Positions 1 to 10,406 are shown, numbered from the stretch's first letter. The stretch: DNA of 64,000 nt from Bacteroidales bacterium (GCA_050287785.1 JBNKCO010000083.1:198968-262967), one strand, 5' to 3'. Numbers and translations: made by a program. The notes: generated by a model not told the origin, from the sequence alone.

Positions 1-174
1 ACCTTCCTGCAACATCCAGTTGCCAGTACCAATGCTTTTAATAATGAAATTAGTTCCATTACCATCAACAATATTTTTTTCACTGCGATGCAAGTAACCT
101 TGTGCGTGTATACTGCTTATTAAAACCCCAGTTAAACTGAAGGAAAGAAGAATAAATCTGAATATAGTTTTCAT
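1..174 (-). CDS. Secreted GH5 (cellulase-family)-like glycoside hydrolase, N-terminal 58 aa only; the gene runs off the left edge
   Basis: Manual minus-strand translation from the ATG at 174: MKTIFRFILLSFSLTGVLISSIHAQGYLHRSEKNIVDGNGTNFIIKSIGTGNWMLQEG. This is a signal peptide followed by the G-x-G-N-W-M-x-x-E-G stretch typical of the first strand of clan GH-A/GH5 enzymes. It is too short for the ORF track. Confidence 0.4.
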   Translation of the reverse strand, partial: MKTIFRFILLSFSLTGVLISSIHAQGYLHRSEKNIVDGNGTNFIIKSIGTGNWMLQEG

Positions 175-213
175 AGATTCTATTTCATGAGATTGGAAAA
201 TGAATTATTAGTT

Positions 214-1692
214 TTATTGAATAATTATTGTTTTAATAGCATGAGAAGGGATTATTGACTGGAGGCCCCTTCCTTCAATCCACATTTTGTAGTTTATATC
301 GTCATCTGTTGGATTCATTGCCACAACAACTATTTTATTGTCTGGATTTATAAATGCAGTGGCCAATAAATCATCGTTATTACTTGAACAGATTACTCTC
401 TTGGCTCCAGGCCTAATGAATTTTGAGAAATGCCCCATGTAGTAATATGAATTCATGAAAATTACTTCATCGGTTTTTGTGTTTCCAATTACCGGTGCAT
501 AGCAATAATTTGCAACATGATTCGGGCCACCTGTTTCATCCAATAGAATATTCCAGTCAATCCAGCCACTTACCGAATTATTGAGATCATGGATAATTGA
601 TTCTCCGTAACGCTCTCCCCAATTCCAGTCTTGAAGCTTTTCGTAATTGAATGGAAAAACACAGCCTTCGGTGAACAATAATTTTTTGTCTGGAAATGCT
701 TCAGCAACTTGTTTAACATTCTCAAAATGATCGCCAGTGTACCAATGGAAACCTGTGCCCCAAACGTATTTTGCAGCTTCAGGGTCTTCAAACACGACTT
801 CAGCTCTTTGATACATAATACCACGATTATGATCCCAGATTACAAGCTTAACATTTGATAGATTGCTTTTTTTTAAGGTTGGTCCCAAATGGAATTTTAC
901 AAAATCCCGCTCTTCTTCAGCAGTATAAATACATGACTCCCAACGTTGAACTGCATTTGGTTCATTTTGAATTGTCATACCCCAAATTGGAATATTTTCT
1001 TTATCATATGATTCAATAAATTTCACATAATAATTGGCCCATGTTTGGTAGTATTCTGGTTTTAACTTCCCCCCATTTAGCATTTGGTTATTGGTCTTCA
1101 TCCATGCTGGAGGACTCCAGGGAGATGCCAACAATTTAAAATCATCTCCTACAAGGCTTTGAATCTTTCTAATTAATGGTATTCTAAACCTTTTATCCTT
1201 TTCAATCGAGAAATGCTTCAAGTTAATATCGCCCTCAGTCTCGGAATATGCATACGATTCACTTGAAAAGTCGCAACTATTAATATGAGTTCGAAATAAA
1301 CTATATCCAATGCCTTGATTTTTGTCAAAATATGCTTCAAGAATTTTCTTCTGATTCTTTTCAGATAACTTGTAGAAAGTTTCAGCACTTGCATCGGTAA
1401 TTGCTCCGCCAAAACCTTCAATAGTTTGAAATGTTCTTTTTGGATCGATTATTAAAGTAGGGTAATGCTCATCTGGCTGCCCGAATTCTTTAAATTGTAA
1501 ATTATCAAGTTTTGATAACCTATTCCCGGTACCCTTTGCGGTTAAATAAACCTGTGCTTCGATAAGTGAGAACACAATTTCATTGCTTTGCTCATTACTC
1601 AAAGCTTCTTTATCTTTCACTTTAATAGCACATCCAATAGTAAAAGAAACTACGATGATTAAAACACTGATTTTTTTAAATGTTTGTTTCAT
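214..1692 (-). CDS. GH30 glycoside hydrolase (glucosylceramidase fold; probable beta-1,6-glucanase/glucosidase), lipoprotein
   Basis: Lipobox (SFTIGC). GH30 hallmarks: FGGAITDASAE, SPWSPPAWMK, IWGMTIQNEP (acid/base Glu) and LLFTEGC (nucleophile Glu). Paralog of 35846-37309. Confidence 0.85.
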   Translation of the reverse strand: MKQTFKKISVLIIVVSFTIGCAIKVKDKEALSNEQSNEIVFSLIEAQVYLTAKGTGNRLSKLDNLQFKEFGQPDEHYPTLIIDPKRTFQTIEGFGGAITDASAETFYKLSEKNQKKILEAYFDKNQGIGYSLFRTHINSCDFSSESYAYSETEGDINLKHFSIEKDKRFRIPLIRKIQSLVGDDFKLLASPWSPPAWMKTNNQMLNGGKLKPEYYQTWANYYVKFIESYDKENIPIWGMTIQNEPNAVQRWESCIYTAEEERDFVKFHLGPTLKKSNLSNVKLVIWDHNRGIMYQRAEVVFEDPEAAKYVWGTGFHWYTGDHFENVKQVAEAFPDKKLLFTEGCVFPFNYEKLQDWNWGERYGESIIHDLNNSVSGWIDWNILLDETGGPNHVANYCYAPVIGNTKTDEVIFMNSYYYMGHFSKFIRPGAKRVICSSNNDDLLATAFINPDNKIVVVAMNPTDDDINYKMWIEGRGLQSIIPSHAIKTIIIQ

Positions 1693-1920
1693 AATCTGAT
1701 ATTCAATAAGTTTTTTTTTGTGTATATGGCTATGAGTTTTAGAAACCCACTATACGAATCATTTAATTAAATCAAATCTATGAGATGAAAATTGAAATGA
1801 CTTATATATAGGCTACTCAAAACCTCGTGAAACTACTCTTAAGGGTACTCAAAAACACTCAACCAACTTGCAACGTGCTGCTTACTAGAATTTTAAGGTG
1901 TTAAGAAGGGAGTTTCTACA

Positions 1921-4887
1921 TTAAATGCTTATCAGGTAGTTTGAAAGAGAATCGTTTGATTCGAGACCAATTTTCTTTCTTAATCGATACCGATCGTTTT
2001 CGACAGCGCGTTGAGTTTTGTTCATAAACTCGCATATTTCCTTTGTGGTAAGATTCATTCTAATATATGCAGCAATTCGAATCTCTGTGGCGCTCAAATC
2101 GGGATGCTTTTTGCGTAGGTTGGTAATAAACTGATTATATGCTTTATCTATTTGTGGTTCAATGAATTTAAAGTCTTTTTCCTCATCTAAATCTTCATCA
2201 ATAAGGTCAACAATTTTAATAAGTCCTTCTTTTACATTAGGTTTTGCTTTGATAGAAAGATTTAAAATTTTGTTCTTCTGTTCAATAAGTAACTTATTCT
2301 TACTAATAACACTAAAAGCAAGCTTTTTCAATTCAGCTTCCAAATTTTCTTTCTCAAGAGCACTAATTTTAGCTTCCTGCTCAAGCTGCTTCTTTTTAAA
2401 TTGTTCTTTGTGAATATTAATTCTCCTTCGATATAAAAGAAAAATAAGAAGGAATGTAAGTGCAAATAAAAATATTTTAAATAAAAGAGTGTTCCAGAAA
2501 GGTGGCTTTATATGAATTTTCATAGTAACCTCATTGTCGCCCCATTTGCCATCGTTATTTGATGCCCTTACTTTTAGAGAATAATCTCCAGGATTAAGGT
2601 TAGAATAACCAGCAAACCTTCTTTTTGAATCCGTAAAAATCCAATCTTTATCGAAACCTTCAAGCTTATATTTATATTTACACTTATGCGGCAGGGTGTA
2701 ATTGAGAGCTGCAAAATCAATCAGGAAAACTTTATCTTTCCATGTCAATTTCAATTCCTTAGTAAAGCTTATGCTTTTATTTAATATTTCACGGCCATCA
2801 ATCTTATCTCCAGCTTTTATTTCCTTGTTAAGAACAGTAAGCCTGGTAAACATAATTTTGGGCAAGTTCTGATTGATTTTAATGTTATCAACAGAAATAA
2901 TATCAATACCATTTTTAGTTCCAGCCAAAATTCTACCATCAGAAAGCTTCTCCATTGCGTCGGGATTAAAGTCGTTACTAGATAAGCCATCATCAAGAAT
3001 AAATAAGTTGAACTTTTGGGTGTTATTATTGAATTTGTATAATCCTGTGGTAGTTCCAATCCAGATATTTCCATAAATATCTTCCTCCAGACTCTGAACT
3101 GAATTTGAATTAAATCCTTCATTATTAGCAAACTTTCTAAAAGCTTTAGTTCTTTTATTATAACAGAATAATCCCTTATCTTCTGTGCCTATCCAGATTT
3201 GTCCCCACCGATCCGATTTAATGCATTTAATAATTCCCTGAGAAGTAAACTTTTGTAGAGAGTCGCCTGTTATTCTAATTGTTTTATTGGTCTGATTGTC
3301 CATGATGTACAAACCTTTTCCTTCGGTACCAAACCACACGTCTCCGTCAGAATCTTCATCAATAACCATTACATTGTTGAAATCAATTTTATTATCAACC
3401 CGAGCATTGGGACCATAGTTTTTAAAAGTATTGTTATCTGAAAAATATTTATCGACTCCTGTTCCCAGAAGTCCTAACCAAATTCTATCACGACTATCTT
3501 TAAATATTTCCCAAACATTAGCTGAAGATAGAGAGTTTTCTTTCTGCCAATCAGGAAAAAAATGCTCAAATCTGCTGGTTTCAGGATTAAGTGATATAAA
3601 ACCACCAGCATATGTGCCTATAAGTATATTGCCCTGTGGGTCTTGAGCCAAACTTGTTACAACATTTGAGGTTAAAATATTATTAGTGGTATTTGGATCA
3701 ATTATGTAATGCTTTACCGGTTTCCCTTTTTCAAATCGGAACAATCCAAAACCATCTGTACCAACCCAAACTCTTTGCTTTTCATCCTCGAAAATATCTA
3801 ATACAGAAAAGTCTTTTAATACATCTAAATCGTTCACAGAAAACAAAGTAGAGGAAAATTTATTTTGTTGAGGATTGTAAATGTTTATACCCTTATCAAA
3901 AGTTCCTATCCAGGCTATGTTATTATCATCAAAGTAAATGCTATAAATATGATCTGAACTCAGGCTGCCTGCTTTGTTTTCCACTCGTTTTACATGAGAA
4001 AAAGTCTTTGTGGAAACATTAAAAATATTAATCCCTTCCTCTTCAGTACTAATCCAGATATTTCCTTCGGCATCAATATCCATAGTTCCCAAAAGGATAT
4101 TTGTAGAAAGATTATTATTGAAGGCTGTATAAATCTCTGACTCTCCTGTTTGGGGTTGATACGAACACAATCCATGGTAATTTGCTGCAATCCATATTGT
4201 TCCATTTTGATCTTCTAATAACCTTTTTCGAAAATTACTGAGTAACTCTGGATGTCGTTTATAAAAAATATTTTCAAATAACCCGGTTTTAGGATCTAAT
4301 TTTTGCACTATTGAACTTTCTGGTGCTACATAAATCTCTCCGGCCTTTGTTTCAAGAATATCATGTACGAAGTAAGTATTAATTGAGTTTTCTGAATTTA
4401 ATTCAGGAAGGTATAGCTTGAAAGAATCTTTTGCATGATTATAAGTTGCGAGTCCATTATTTGAGCATATCCAAATACTTCCATCTGACAAAACTTTTAC
4501 CCGATTTATTCTTTCACCGATACCAGCATCAATACTATATCTAAAAAATCGTTCTTTCTCTTTATCGTACCTGTTTAGTCCGTCTTTATAGGTTCCTATC
4601 CAGAGATTACCTTTGGTATCTTCACCTATATCAAGAATCCTATTACCGGAAATTGAATTAGGATCTTCAGTATTACGAAAAACTTTAATCTCATAACCAT
4701 CAAACCGACACAATCCATTTCTTGTTCCAAACCATACAAAGCCTTCAGAATCTTTGAATATGCAGTTTACGTTGTTATCAGGAAGTCCATTGGTTTCGTT
4801 AATATATGAAAAGGTAATCGACTCTGGTGTATCAGCTATTAAATTAGAAGCAATAAAAACAAAAAGTGCAATTAGAGAATATCTCAT
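1921..4887 (-). CDS. Membrane-tethered one-component regulator: periplasmic two-component-regulator-propeller repeats + Y_Y_Y domain + TM helix + coiled coil + C-terminal LuxR/GerE HTH. No kinase or receiver domain.
   Basis: Repeated W(I/F)GT...GL propeller motifs. Y_Y_Y region (YKYKLEGFDKDW...YSLKVRASNNDGKW). TM segment (LLFKIFLFALTFLLIFLLY). C-terminal HTH (LTTKEICEFMNKTQRAVENDRYRLRKKIGL). Start moved to the internal ATG at 4887 (MRYSLIALFVFIASN, signal-like); the ORF track begins at 4944. Confidence 0.8.
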   Translation of the reverse strand: MRYSLIALFVFIASNLIADTPESITFSYINETNGLPDNNVNCIFKDSEGFVWFGTRNGLCRFDGYEIKVFRNTEDPNSISGNRILDIGEDTKGNLWIGTYKDGLNRYDKEKERFFRYSIDAGIGERINRVKVLSDGSIWICSNNGLATYNHAKDSFKLYLPELNSENSINTYFVHDILETKAGEIYVAPESSIVQKLDPKTGLFENIFYKRHPELLSNFRKRLLEDQNGTIWIAANYHGLCSYQPQTGESEIYTAFNNNLSTNILLGTMDIDAEGNIWISTEEEGINIFNVSTKTFSHVKRVENKAGSLSSDHIYSIYFDDNNIAWIGTFDKGINIYNPQQNKFSSTLFSVNDLDVLKDFSVLDIFEDEKQRVWVGTDGFGLFRFEKGKPVKHYIIDPNTTNNILTSNVVTSLAQDPQGNILIGTYAGGFISLNPETSRFEHFFPDWQKENSLSSANVWEIFKDSRDRIWLGLLGTGVDKYFSDNNTFKNYGPNARVDNKIDFNNVMVIDEDSDGDVWFGTEGKGLYIMDNQTNKTIRITGDSLQKFTSQGIIKCIKSDRWGQIWIGTEDKGLFCYNKRTKAFRKFANNEGFNSNSVQSLEEDIYGNIWIGTTTGLYKFNNNTQKFNLFILDDGLSSNDFNPDAMEKLSDGRILAGTKNGIDIISVDNIKINQNLPKIMFTRLTVLNKEIKAGDKIDGREILNKSISFTKELKLTWKDKVFLIDFAALNYTLPHKCKYKYKLEGFDKDWIFTDSKRRFAGYSNLNPGDYSLKVRASNNDGKWGDNEVTMKIHIKPPFWNTLLFKIFLFALTFLLIFLLYRRRINIHKEQFKKKQLEQEAKISALEKENLEAELKKLAFSVISKNKLLIEQKNKILNLSIKAKPNVKEGLIKIVDLIDEDLDEEKDFKFIEPQIDKAYNQFITNLRKKHPDLSATEIRIAAYIRMNLTTKEICEFMNKTQRAVENDRYRLRKKIGLESNDSLSNYLISI

Positions 4888-5053
4888 TTCTAGCTTTTGA
4901 AAAGGAAACAACCTCAAAAATAGCAAATTACAGATATTGACCAAAACAATAATATACCCATTATTGACACATCTATGATCAGAAAGACTCTAACAACTTT
5001 TTTAGGACAAAAAAAACATAGTTTAAAAAAATCTAAAGCAGCACAATAAATAC

Positions 5054-5764
5054 CTAAGCTATATTTGTAAATACTTGTTGAACATCTTCGTCATCTTCAA
5101 TTTTATCGAGCATTTTCTCGATCTCTTCTAATTGTTCTTCTTTAAACTCAACAGGTGAAGTAGGAATTCTCTGTAAACTAGCTTTCTTCACTTCAATATT
5201 TAATCCTTCAAGAGCAGCTGAAAGGTTACCAAAGCTGGTATAATCGCCATAAACGTATACCACACCTTCATTTTCTTCGATTTCTTCAAGACCGGCATCA
5301 ATTAGTTCTAGTTCTAATTCTTCGATATTAATTGCCTCAGTTTTCTCAAACTCGAAGACCGATTTTCGGCTAAACATAAATTCCAGAGAGCCATTTGGAA
5401 CTATTCCTCCTCCGGCTTTATTAAAATATGATTTTACGTTTGCTACAGTGCGTGTAGTATTATCGGTAGCGCACTCTACAAAAACCAAAACACCTCCAGG
5501 TCCTTTACCTTCGTAAGTAACCTCAATCATGGCTTCAGCCTCTTTCCCTGAGGCACGCTTAATAGCCGCATCGATATTATCCTTAGGCATGTTCTGTGCC
5601 TTAGCATTCTGAATGGCTGTGCGTAACATGGCATTCATATCGGGGTCGGGACCTCCCTCTTTTGCTGCGAAAGTGATTGACTTAGCCAGTTTTGGAAATA
5701 TCTTGGACATTTTGTCCCAACGTTTCTCTTTTGCTGCTCTGCGATATTCAAATGCTCTACCCAT
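5054..5764 (-). CDS. yebC: YebC/PmpR-family DNA-binding regulatory protein (housekeeping)
   Basis: Full-length match by eye to the YebC/TACO1 family: [26 protein letters not shown]...[23 protein letters not shown]. Confidence 0.9.
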   Translation of the reverse strand: MGRAFEYRRAAKEKRWDKMSKIFPKLAKSITFAAKEGGPDPDMNAMLRTAIQNAKAQNMPKDNIDAAIKRASGKEAEAMIEVTYEGKGPGGVLVFVECATDNTTRTVANVKSYFNKAGGGIVPNGSLEFMFSRKSVFEFEKTEAINIEELELELIDAGLEEIEENEGVVYVYGDYTSFGNLSAALEGLNIEVKKASLQRIPTSPVEFKEEQLEEIEKMLDKIEDDEDVQQVFTNIA

Positions 5765-6158
5765 GATTTAAAGTTTTTTTCGGCGACAAAAATAAGAAAT
5801 GATTATTATCTGAAAAATGATTCGTGAAGTAAAATTAGCCAAAACAAAATTTCTTCTACAAAGGATTGCTTAATAAACGGTTAGATTAACTTCGTTAAAC
5901 TGCGCCATCGCTAAAGCTTAAGGCGGCATACGATCGCATGCTCGGTTTGAGATAATACTCTTACAGTGCTGTAAATAATTTAACTACCGCTAAGCTTTGC
6001 CAAGGTAACGGCATTTGGTTCTTATTGCCAAATAAAAAGATGAAGATGAACCTTTAATAATTGATGTTAATACAAACAAAAAGAGCCATTACATCTTGAA
6101 TCACTTCAATGTAACGACTCTTAATCACTCAAAAACAAAATATTAATTTGAAAAACCT

Positions 6159-9100
6159 CTAATTCTTTAATACTTTCAGCATGCGCACTTTATTTTTGCT
6201 CTTTACCTCAAATAAGTAGATCCCTTGAGTATAAGCACTCATATTGTATTCAAGCAAGCGGGAACTTACAATGATATTATCTAATAGTTTTCCTCTGACA
6301 TCATAAATATTTATATGACTTTCATAATCAGGTAGCTGTATATTAACCATAGTTGTTACCGGATTTGGAAATAATTGAATATTGTTCACCTCAAGTGATT
6401 TTTCAATTTCAGAATCACTAGGTTTTACAGACGAACAACTTCCAATAACATAAGACAATAGATGATCAGCAGTATTGTGCTCTCCTTCGTTTGGATAACT
6501 ATAGGAATAATAGAAATATACTGTACTACCCTTACTTGCATTTACAGTAAATGGTACATCTGGACTTACAAAATAGCCTGGGAAAGTCACTCCGGGGTTT
6601 GTTCCATAATATAAAATACAGGTTGGACTGCCAACTCCTTCAATAATAGGAATAAAAGTTATGGTTGGATTATTATCATCGCCAGAAAACAAGTAACTAA
6701 ACTCTTCATTATGAGATGTGCCTTCGCATGAAGATCCCATAATAAAGTTAATCGTAATTGCATTGGATGTTGTTGAATTACCATCATTATCTGTTGCAAT
6801 AGCTGTAATACTATAGCTTCCTACATCTAACGATGTCCAGTTTATATTATATGGACTACTGCTTATAGTACCAATACTATTTGATCCTTCGAAAAACTCA
6901 ACTTGCTGTATTGAACCATCTAAATCCGAGGCTTCAGCTGATATGCTTATTTCTGTTCCTACAAAAAACTCGGAATTATTGTCCGGTGCATTTATTGAAA
7001 TAGTTGGTGCAATACTTGCTGAATCGCTTACAATTACATAAAGCTCATCAATATCAGAATAACTTCCGTTTGAAACTAACAATTCTATTAAGTAAACACC
7101 TCTCTCCAATGCTGATATTTCTGGTGAGGAAACAAATGCATCAGAAAACACAAGCTGTGAGGGTCCATAAACCTGTGTCCATTTATAGCTTAGTGGTTCT
7201 AAGCCTGGATTTGAACTATTTGATCCATCAAGAGTAGCCTTATTCTCATTAATAGGCACAACAATATCATTACCAGCATCGGCTATTGGCTGATTGTACG
7301 GTAAAGAACCAGAATAGGCAAATGTCATTTTTCCCAGGTTGAATTCTCCGCTTTCAAAAACAATTCGCATTATATGTTCTCCTGAAGAAAATGGAATGTT
7401 ATTTACTGTTTTGCTACTCCACGAGCTCCATGAACCAGTTGAATTCACATTAATGGGATCACATATTGTCTGTCCATCAAGTTCCAGATAAAACGGACCG
7501 CCACCATTGTTGTTTCCAGAAGCGTATCTGAATGACATAGAGTAGAGTCCTGCATCCTGGACGTTAATGGAATATTCAAGCCATTCACCTGATGAAATCC
7601 AACCAACAGTAGCACCTTCAGCCACTTCGCTGCTGGCATCAACATATTCATTTGCCCGGAAACCACCTTCATTTATAACAGAAACATCGTTGTAAGCTAT
7701 TCCCTGACCATTACCTCCCTCAAATTTATCGAATAATCCGGCCTCTATTATACCTGGAATAGATACAGCAGTTCCACTATAGGGTCGCTGACATCCAACA
7801 ATAACTTTTGCAATATTCGTTACATTAAAATCTACATCACTATATATTTTCGCATAGAAATTATGTTTCCCAACTACCAGATTCGCCGCCTTTAATGAAT
7901 ATGGTTGTGAAGTCATTGTTCCTATTAATGTTTCTCCATCAAAAAACTCAACTTTTGTGGCTGTACCTCCTGATACGGAAACATCTAAAACAACACTTCC
8001 ATTAGCGAACGCTTGAGGATAACTTGTAGTTATAGTTCCAGTTAATGAAATATCTCTGCTTGTTGCCATTTTATAAGCCGGTACTTCAAGGGAGTATCCA
8101 TCTGAAAAAGTCACTGTAATGGGTAAGTTGGAATAATTATGTGCTGTATATGTAATAGTTCCTTCTTTATTAAATGCAGCAGCAATAGGATAATCAGCGG
8201 TTATACTAGTATCAACAGCACCCAAAGCATTCATTGAATGTAGCCAGTAATATGTTTGTGCATCAGAAACGCCAAATTTTAGTGCTCGATCCGGATAAGA
8301 ATCGTACAAATCAATAGCCGATTGAGGATCAAAAAATGCAAGATATTCCCACATTATATCGTGCCACAAATTTGCGTTTGCCTGGTTTGATAAGATACCT
8401 GTATTATTAGAAATTTCGGTCCAAAGCTTCTGAGCATAACCAAGATTATGCCCCAGGTACAATGATCCTCCGTGAATTGGATACATTTCTATTCCATAGG
8501 CAGCAGCAATATCAGATGTCCAAAAGGTTTGATTATCGTACCCATTCCCCCAAATTCTGGATGCTAAGCTATAATTATACTCTGGTTTAAATGTTCGTTC
8601 ATGAATATCGAACCAATATTCTTCAATTGCTGTTTGTTCTGTTGTATATAAATAAATTCCCAGATCACGAATTTCATCGTTCCCAGTAATAGTTCCCCAA
8701 TGAATTAAAGAGGAATTAAACTGCATGCTTTCAGAAGTGGATTCCTGATCGTTACCAAAAGGGAAAGTTGCAAATCCATTGGCCCAACAATGTCCGGCAT
8801 AAGGACTAAAATTTCGAAGAAACGGGAACATGTTATCGTCTCTTTTGGGAGATGCTGCATCGCGAACTAAATAATTAATCATTTCGCCCCATTCATCGCC
8901 CCATGTAGGATCAAACTGTTGAAGAAAGGCAGCGGCATGAATAAAATATCCCCAGTGAAAATGGTGATCGTTAATATTTCCATCTTGTCCATGTCCCGCA
9001 GGATACCCAATTAAAGTCGTCCATGTCGAGTTATAATAAAACAAAAATGCTACTTCCCCTGCTTCAGCAGTTAACCAATCTTCTAAACGGTCTTTTATTG

Positions 9101-10328
9101 TAGCAAGCATTTTGTCTCTTGCCTCAGTGTTTCCTGTTAAATCTGCAATTCGGGCAGTTTGAATCAATCGATTCATCACCTGACCTTCGTTATATGAATC
9201 GGTCCAGGTACTTAACCCATCATTTTCTATTAGCTGTATTTTTTGGTCCAGTTCGGGCAGGCTAAATCCTTCGCTATAATTATTTAAATAAGGTAGCGTA
9301 GGCAATATTCCATGGAACTTATTTTCGATATAAAATTCGTTACCATCAAGAGTCTTTATTTCTCCCCTGATTGAAGCATAACTATATCCCTGAGGTGAAG
9401 GAGAATCGCTTGCTAAATGACTCCATTGATGAGGAAGTAGCCCTAACAAAACATTTGATTGAGTTCCCTCTTTTATTTCTGTATCTACACTTATTGTGGT
9501 GCGCAATACCGACGTGCTCTCATTATAACTCCATGAGGTGGTGGTATTTACAGGAAAAACATATGCGTACTTTTTATACTCTGATGCAGCAATAGCAACA
9601 CTAGTGGCTGATGGTGGTATATATGCTATGGACCAGTAGTCTTCACCATTTAAACTAGATGTATAGGTACTTCCGGATTGTTGCCACGAAGAACCAACAG
9701 GCGCATATACGGCAAAATCTGCTCCATGATGCGCGTCCACAATTACCAACATTTCATTATCTATTGTGACTGTCCCTTCGTTTACAGTAATTTTAGCAAT
9801 GTCTCCGGTATTTTTGGTAAAGTAAACAAAAGGCATTGCTATACCAGCAGTTGCATTGAAACTATGTGCTCCACTTGACCAATTCATAGTAACTGTAAAA
9901 TCCGAATAATCTGAGACAGTTGCAGATGATGCATTTAAATCAGATACACCAACGACTATTGGCGAAATATCATCCATTGGTTGGCTACTTCCGTTTCCTC
10001 CTGACGGAGTGTTTATATAACTGACAACCAACCCAGCGTTTATCGTTTTGAATGCTAAGGGGTAATTAAACAGGTTATTTACATGATTATTTTTCACCTT
10101 TGAAGACCACCAATCGTTTGTTGGCACCGATTTAGTCGCTGCAACTCCCGAAATAAAGGGTTCTCCACTGGGGTAGGTATTTCTATTTGCTGCATCTACA
10201 CCTGGAAAGGTATTGGTAAAACTACCACTACCTACTTGTGTTATTTGACCAGTTAAATTAATTCCAATTAAAGACAATAAGATGAAAATAGTATTCAACC
10301 TCATACGTCTAATTGTTAGTTGATTCAT
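6159..10328 (-). CDS. Multimodular secreted GH81 endo-beta-1,3-glucanase with Ig-like, CBM6-like and PKD-like modules and a T9SS C-terminal sorting domain
   Basis: GH81 motifs NDHHFHWGYF and E-S-T-S-E (two Glu four residues apart). CBM6-like block (GIAYNDVS...GWISSGEWLEYSINV...GEFNLGKMTF). PKD-like block (ADAGNDIVVPINENKATLDGSNS...YKWTQVYGP). C-terminal LFPNPVTTMVNIQL...GIYLFEVKSKNKVRMLKVLKN is typical of T9SS CTDs. Start set at the internal ATG 10328 (MNQLTIRRMRLNTIFILLSLIG, signal peptide). Confidence 0.75.
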   Translation of the reverse strand: MNQLTIRRMRLNTIFILLSLIGINLTGQITQVGSGSFTNTFPGVDAANRNTYPSGEPFISGVAATKSVPTNDWWSSKVKNNHVNNLFNYPLAFKTINAGLVVSYINTPSGGNGSSQPMDDISPIVVGVSDLNASSATVSDYSDFTVTMNWSSGAHSFNATAGIAMPFVYFTKNTGDIAKITVNEGTVTIDNEMLVIVDAHHGADFAVYAPVGSSWQQSGSTYTSSLNGEDYWSIAYIPPSATSVAIAASEYKKYAYVFPVNTTTSWSYNESTSVLRTTISVDTEIKEGTQSNVLLGLLPHQWSHLASDSPSPQGYSYASIRGEIKTLDGNEFYIENKFHGILPTLPYLNNYSEGFSLPELDQKIQLIENDGLSTWTDSYNEGQVMNRLIQTARIADLTGNTEARDKMLATIKDRLEDWLTAEAGEVAFLFYYNSTWTTLIGYPAGHGQDGNINDHHFHWGYFIHAAAFLQQFDPTWGDEWGEMINYLVRDAASPKRDDNMFPFLRNFSPYAGHCWANGFATFPFGNDQESTSESMQFNSSLIHWGTITGNDEIRDLGIYLYTTEQTAIEEYWFDIHERTFKPEYNYSLASRIWGNGYDNQTFWTSDIAAAYGIEMYPIHGGSLYLGHNLGYAQKLWTEISNNTGILSNQANANLWHDIMWEYLAFFDPQSAIDLYDSYPDRALKFGVSDAQTYYWLHSMNALGAVDTSITADYPIAAAFNKEGTITYTAHNYSNLPITVTFSDGYSLEVPAYKMATSRDISLTGTITTSYPQAFANGSVVLDVSVSGGTATKVEFFDGETLIGTMTSQPYSLKAANLVVGKHNFYAKIYSDVDFNVTNIAKVIVGCQRPYSGTAVSIPGIIEAGLFDKFEGGNGQGIAYNDVSVINEGGFRANEYVDASSEVAEGATVGWISSGEWLEYSINVQDAGLYSMSFRYASGNNNGGGPFYLELDGQTICDPINVNSTGSWSSWSSKTVNNIPFSSGEHIMRIVFESGEFNLGKMTFAYSGSLPYNQPIADAGNDIVVPINENKATLDGSNSSNPGLEPLSYKWTQVYGPSQLVFSDAFVSSPEISALERGVYLIELLVSNGSYSDIDELYVIVSDSASIAPTISINAPDNNSEFFVGTEISISAEASDLDGSIQQVEFFEGSNSIGTISSSPYNINWTSLDVGSYSITAIATDNDGNSTTSNAITINFIMGSSCEGTSHNEEFSYLFSGDDNNPTITFIPIIEGVGSPTCILYYGTNPGVTFPGYFVSPDVPFTVNASKGSTVYFYYSYSYPNEGEHNTADHLLSYVIGSCSSVKPSDSEIEKSLEVNNIQLFPNPVTTMVNIQLPDYESHINIYDVRGKLLDNIIVSSRLLEYNMSAYTQGIYLFEVKSKNKVRMLKVLKN

Positions 10329-10406
10329 TTTTTTTGAGTTTGGTTTATATATTTGTGATTTGAAACAAATCAAGAATAGCATTTGCCTGGTGGCTATATA
10401 AATTCT

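Noticed and set aside
1693-1920. Search for the TGATGTA phased motif upstream of the first GH30/regulator pair, and at 4888-5053 and 6041-6158.
   Set aside because: Only loose resemblances were found (GAGATGAAAATTGAAATGA; AAGATGTAATGG on the minus strand near 6090), with no 11-bp phased exact repeats. They are not reported as sites.
570-4205. Short ORFs nested inside or antisense to the GH30 and regulator genes (570-824, 1218-1421, 2162-2413, 2817-3131, 2873-3076, 3431-3646, 3990-4205). Similar nested ORFs occur throughout the window, for example 7004-7237, 9371-9595, 13070-13327, 19033-19272, 22233-22685, 28384-28644, 30883-31140, 39356-39619, 49029-49421, 54855-55199 and 56646-56957.
   Set aside because: They lie wholly within long ORFs that have strong family motifs. 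Their translations are low-complexity or Ser/Leu/Ile-rich, typical of shadow frames in AT-rich DNA, and carry no recognisable motifs.
4888-4944. Longer N-terminal extensions offered by the ORF track for several genes (starts at 4944, 10382, 29321, 30506 and 40317).
   Set aside because: In each case an internal ATG begins a typical signal peptide or lipobox, while the upstream extension is not signal-like. The internal starts 4887, 10328, 29285, 30467 and 40260 were preferred, but they remain unverified.
5054-5764. yebC as a dedicated regulator of the glucan PUL because of its position.
   Set aside because: YebC/PmpR is a near-universal housekeeping protein. It is separated from GH81 by a 394-bp gap and from the regulator gene by about 165 bp. 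Its position is more likely incidental.
5850-6030. Possible third, degenerate copy of the 161-nt palindromic element in the GH81-yebC gap (shared CTTAATAA, AAGCTT and TTGAGATAAT patches).
   Set aside because: The similarity is patchy, requires large indels, and the terminal inverted repeats are not recognisable. It cannot be called by eye.
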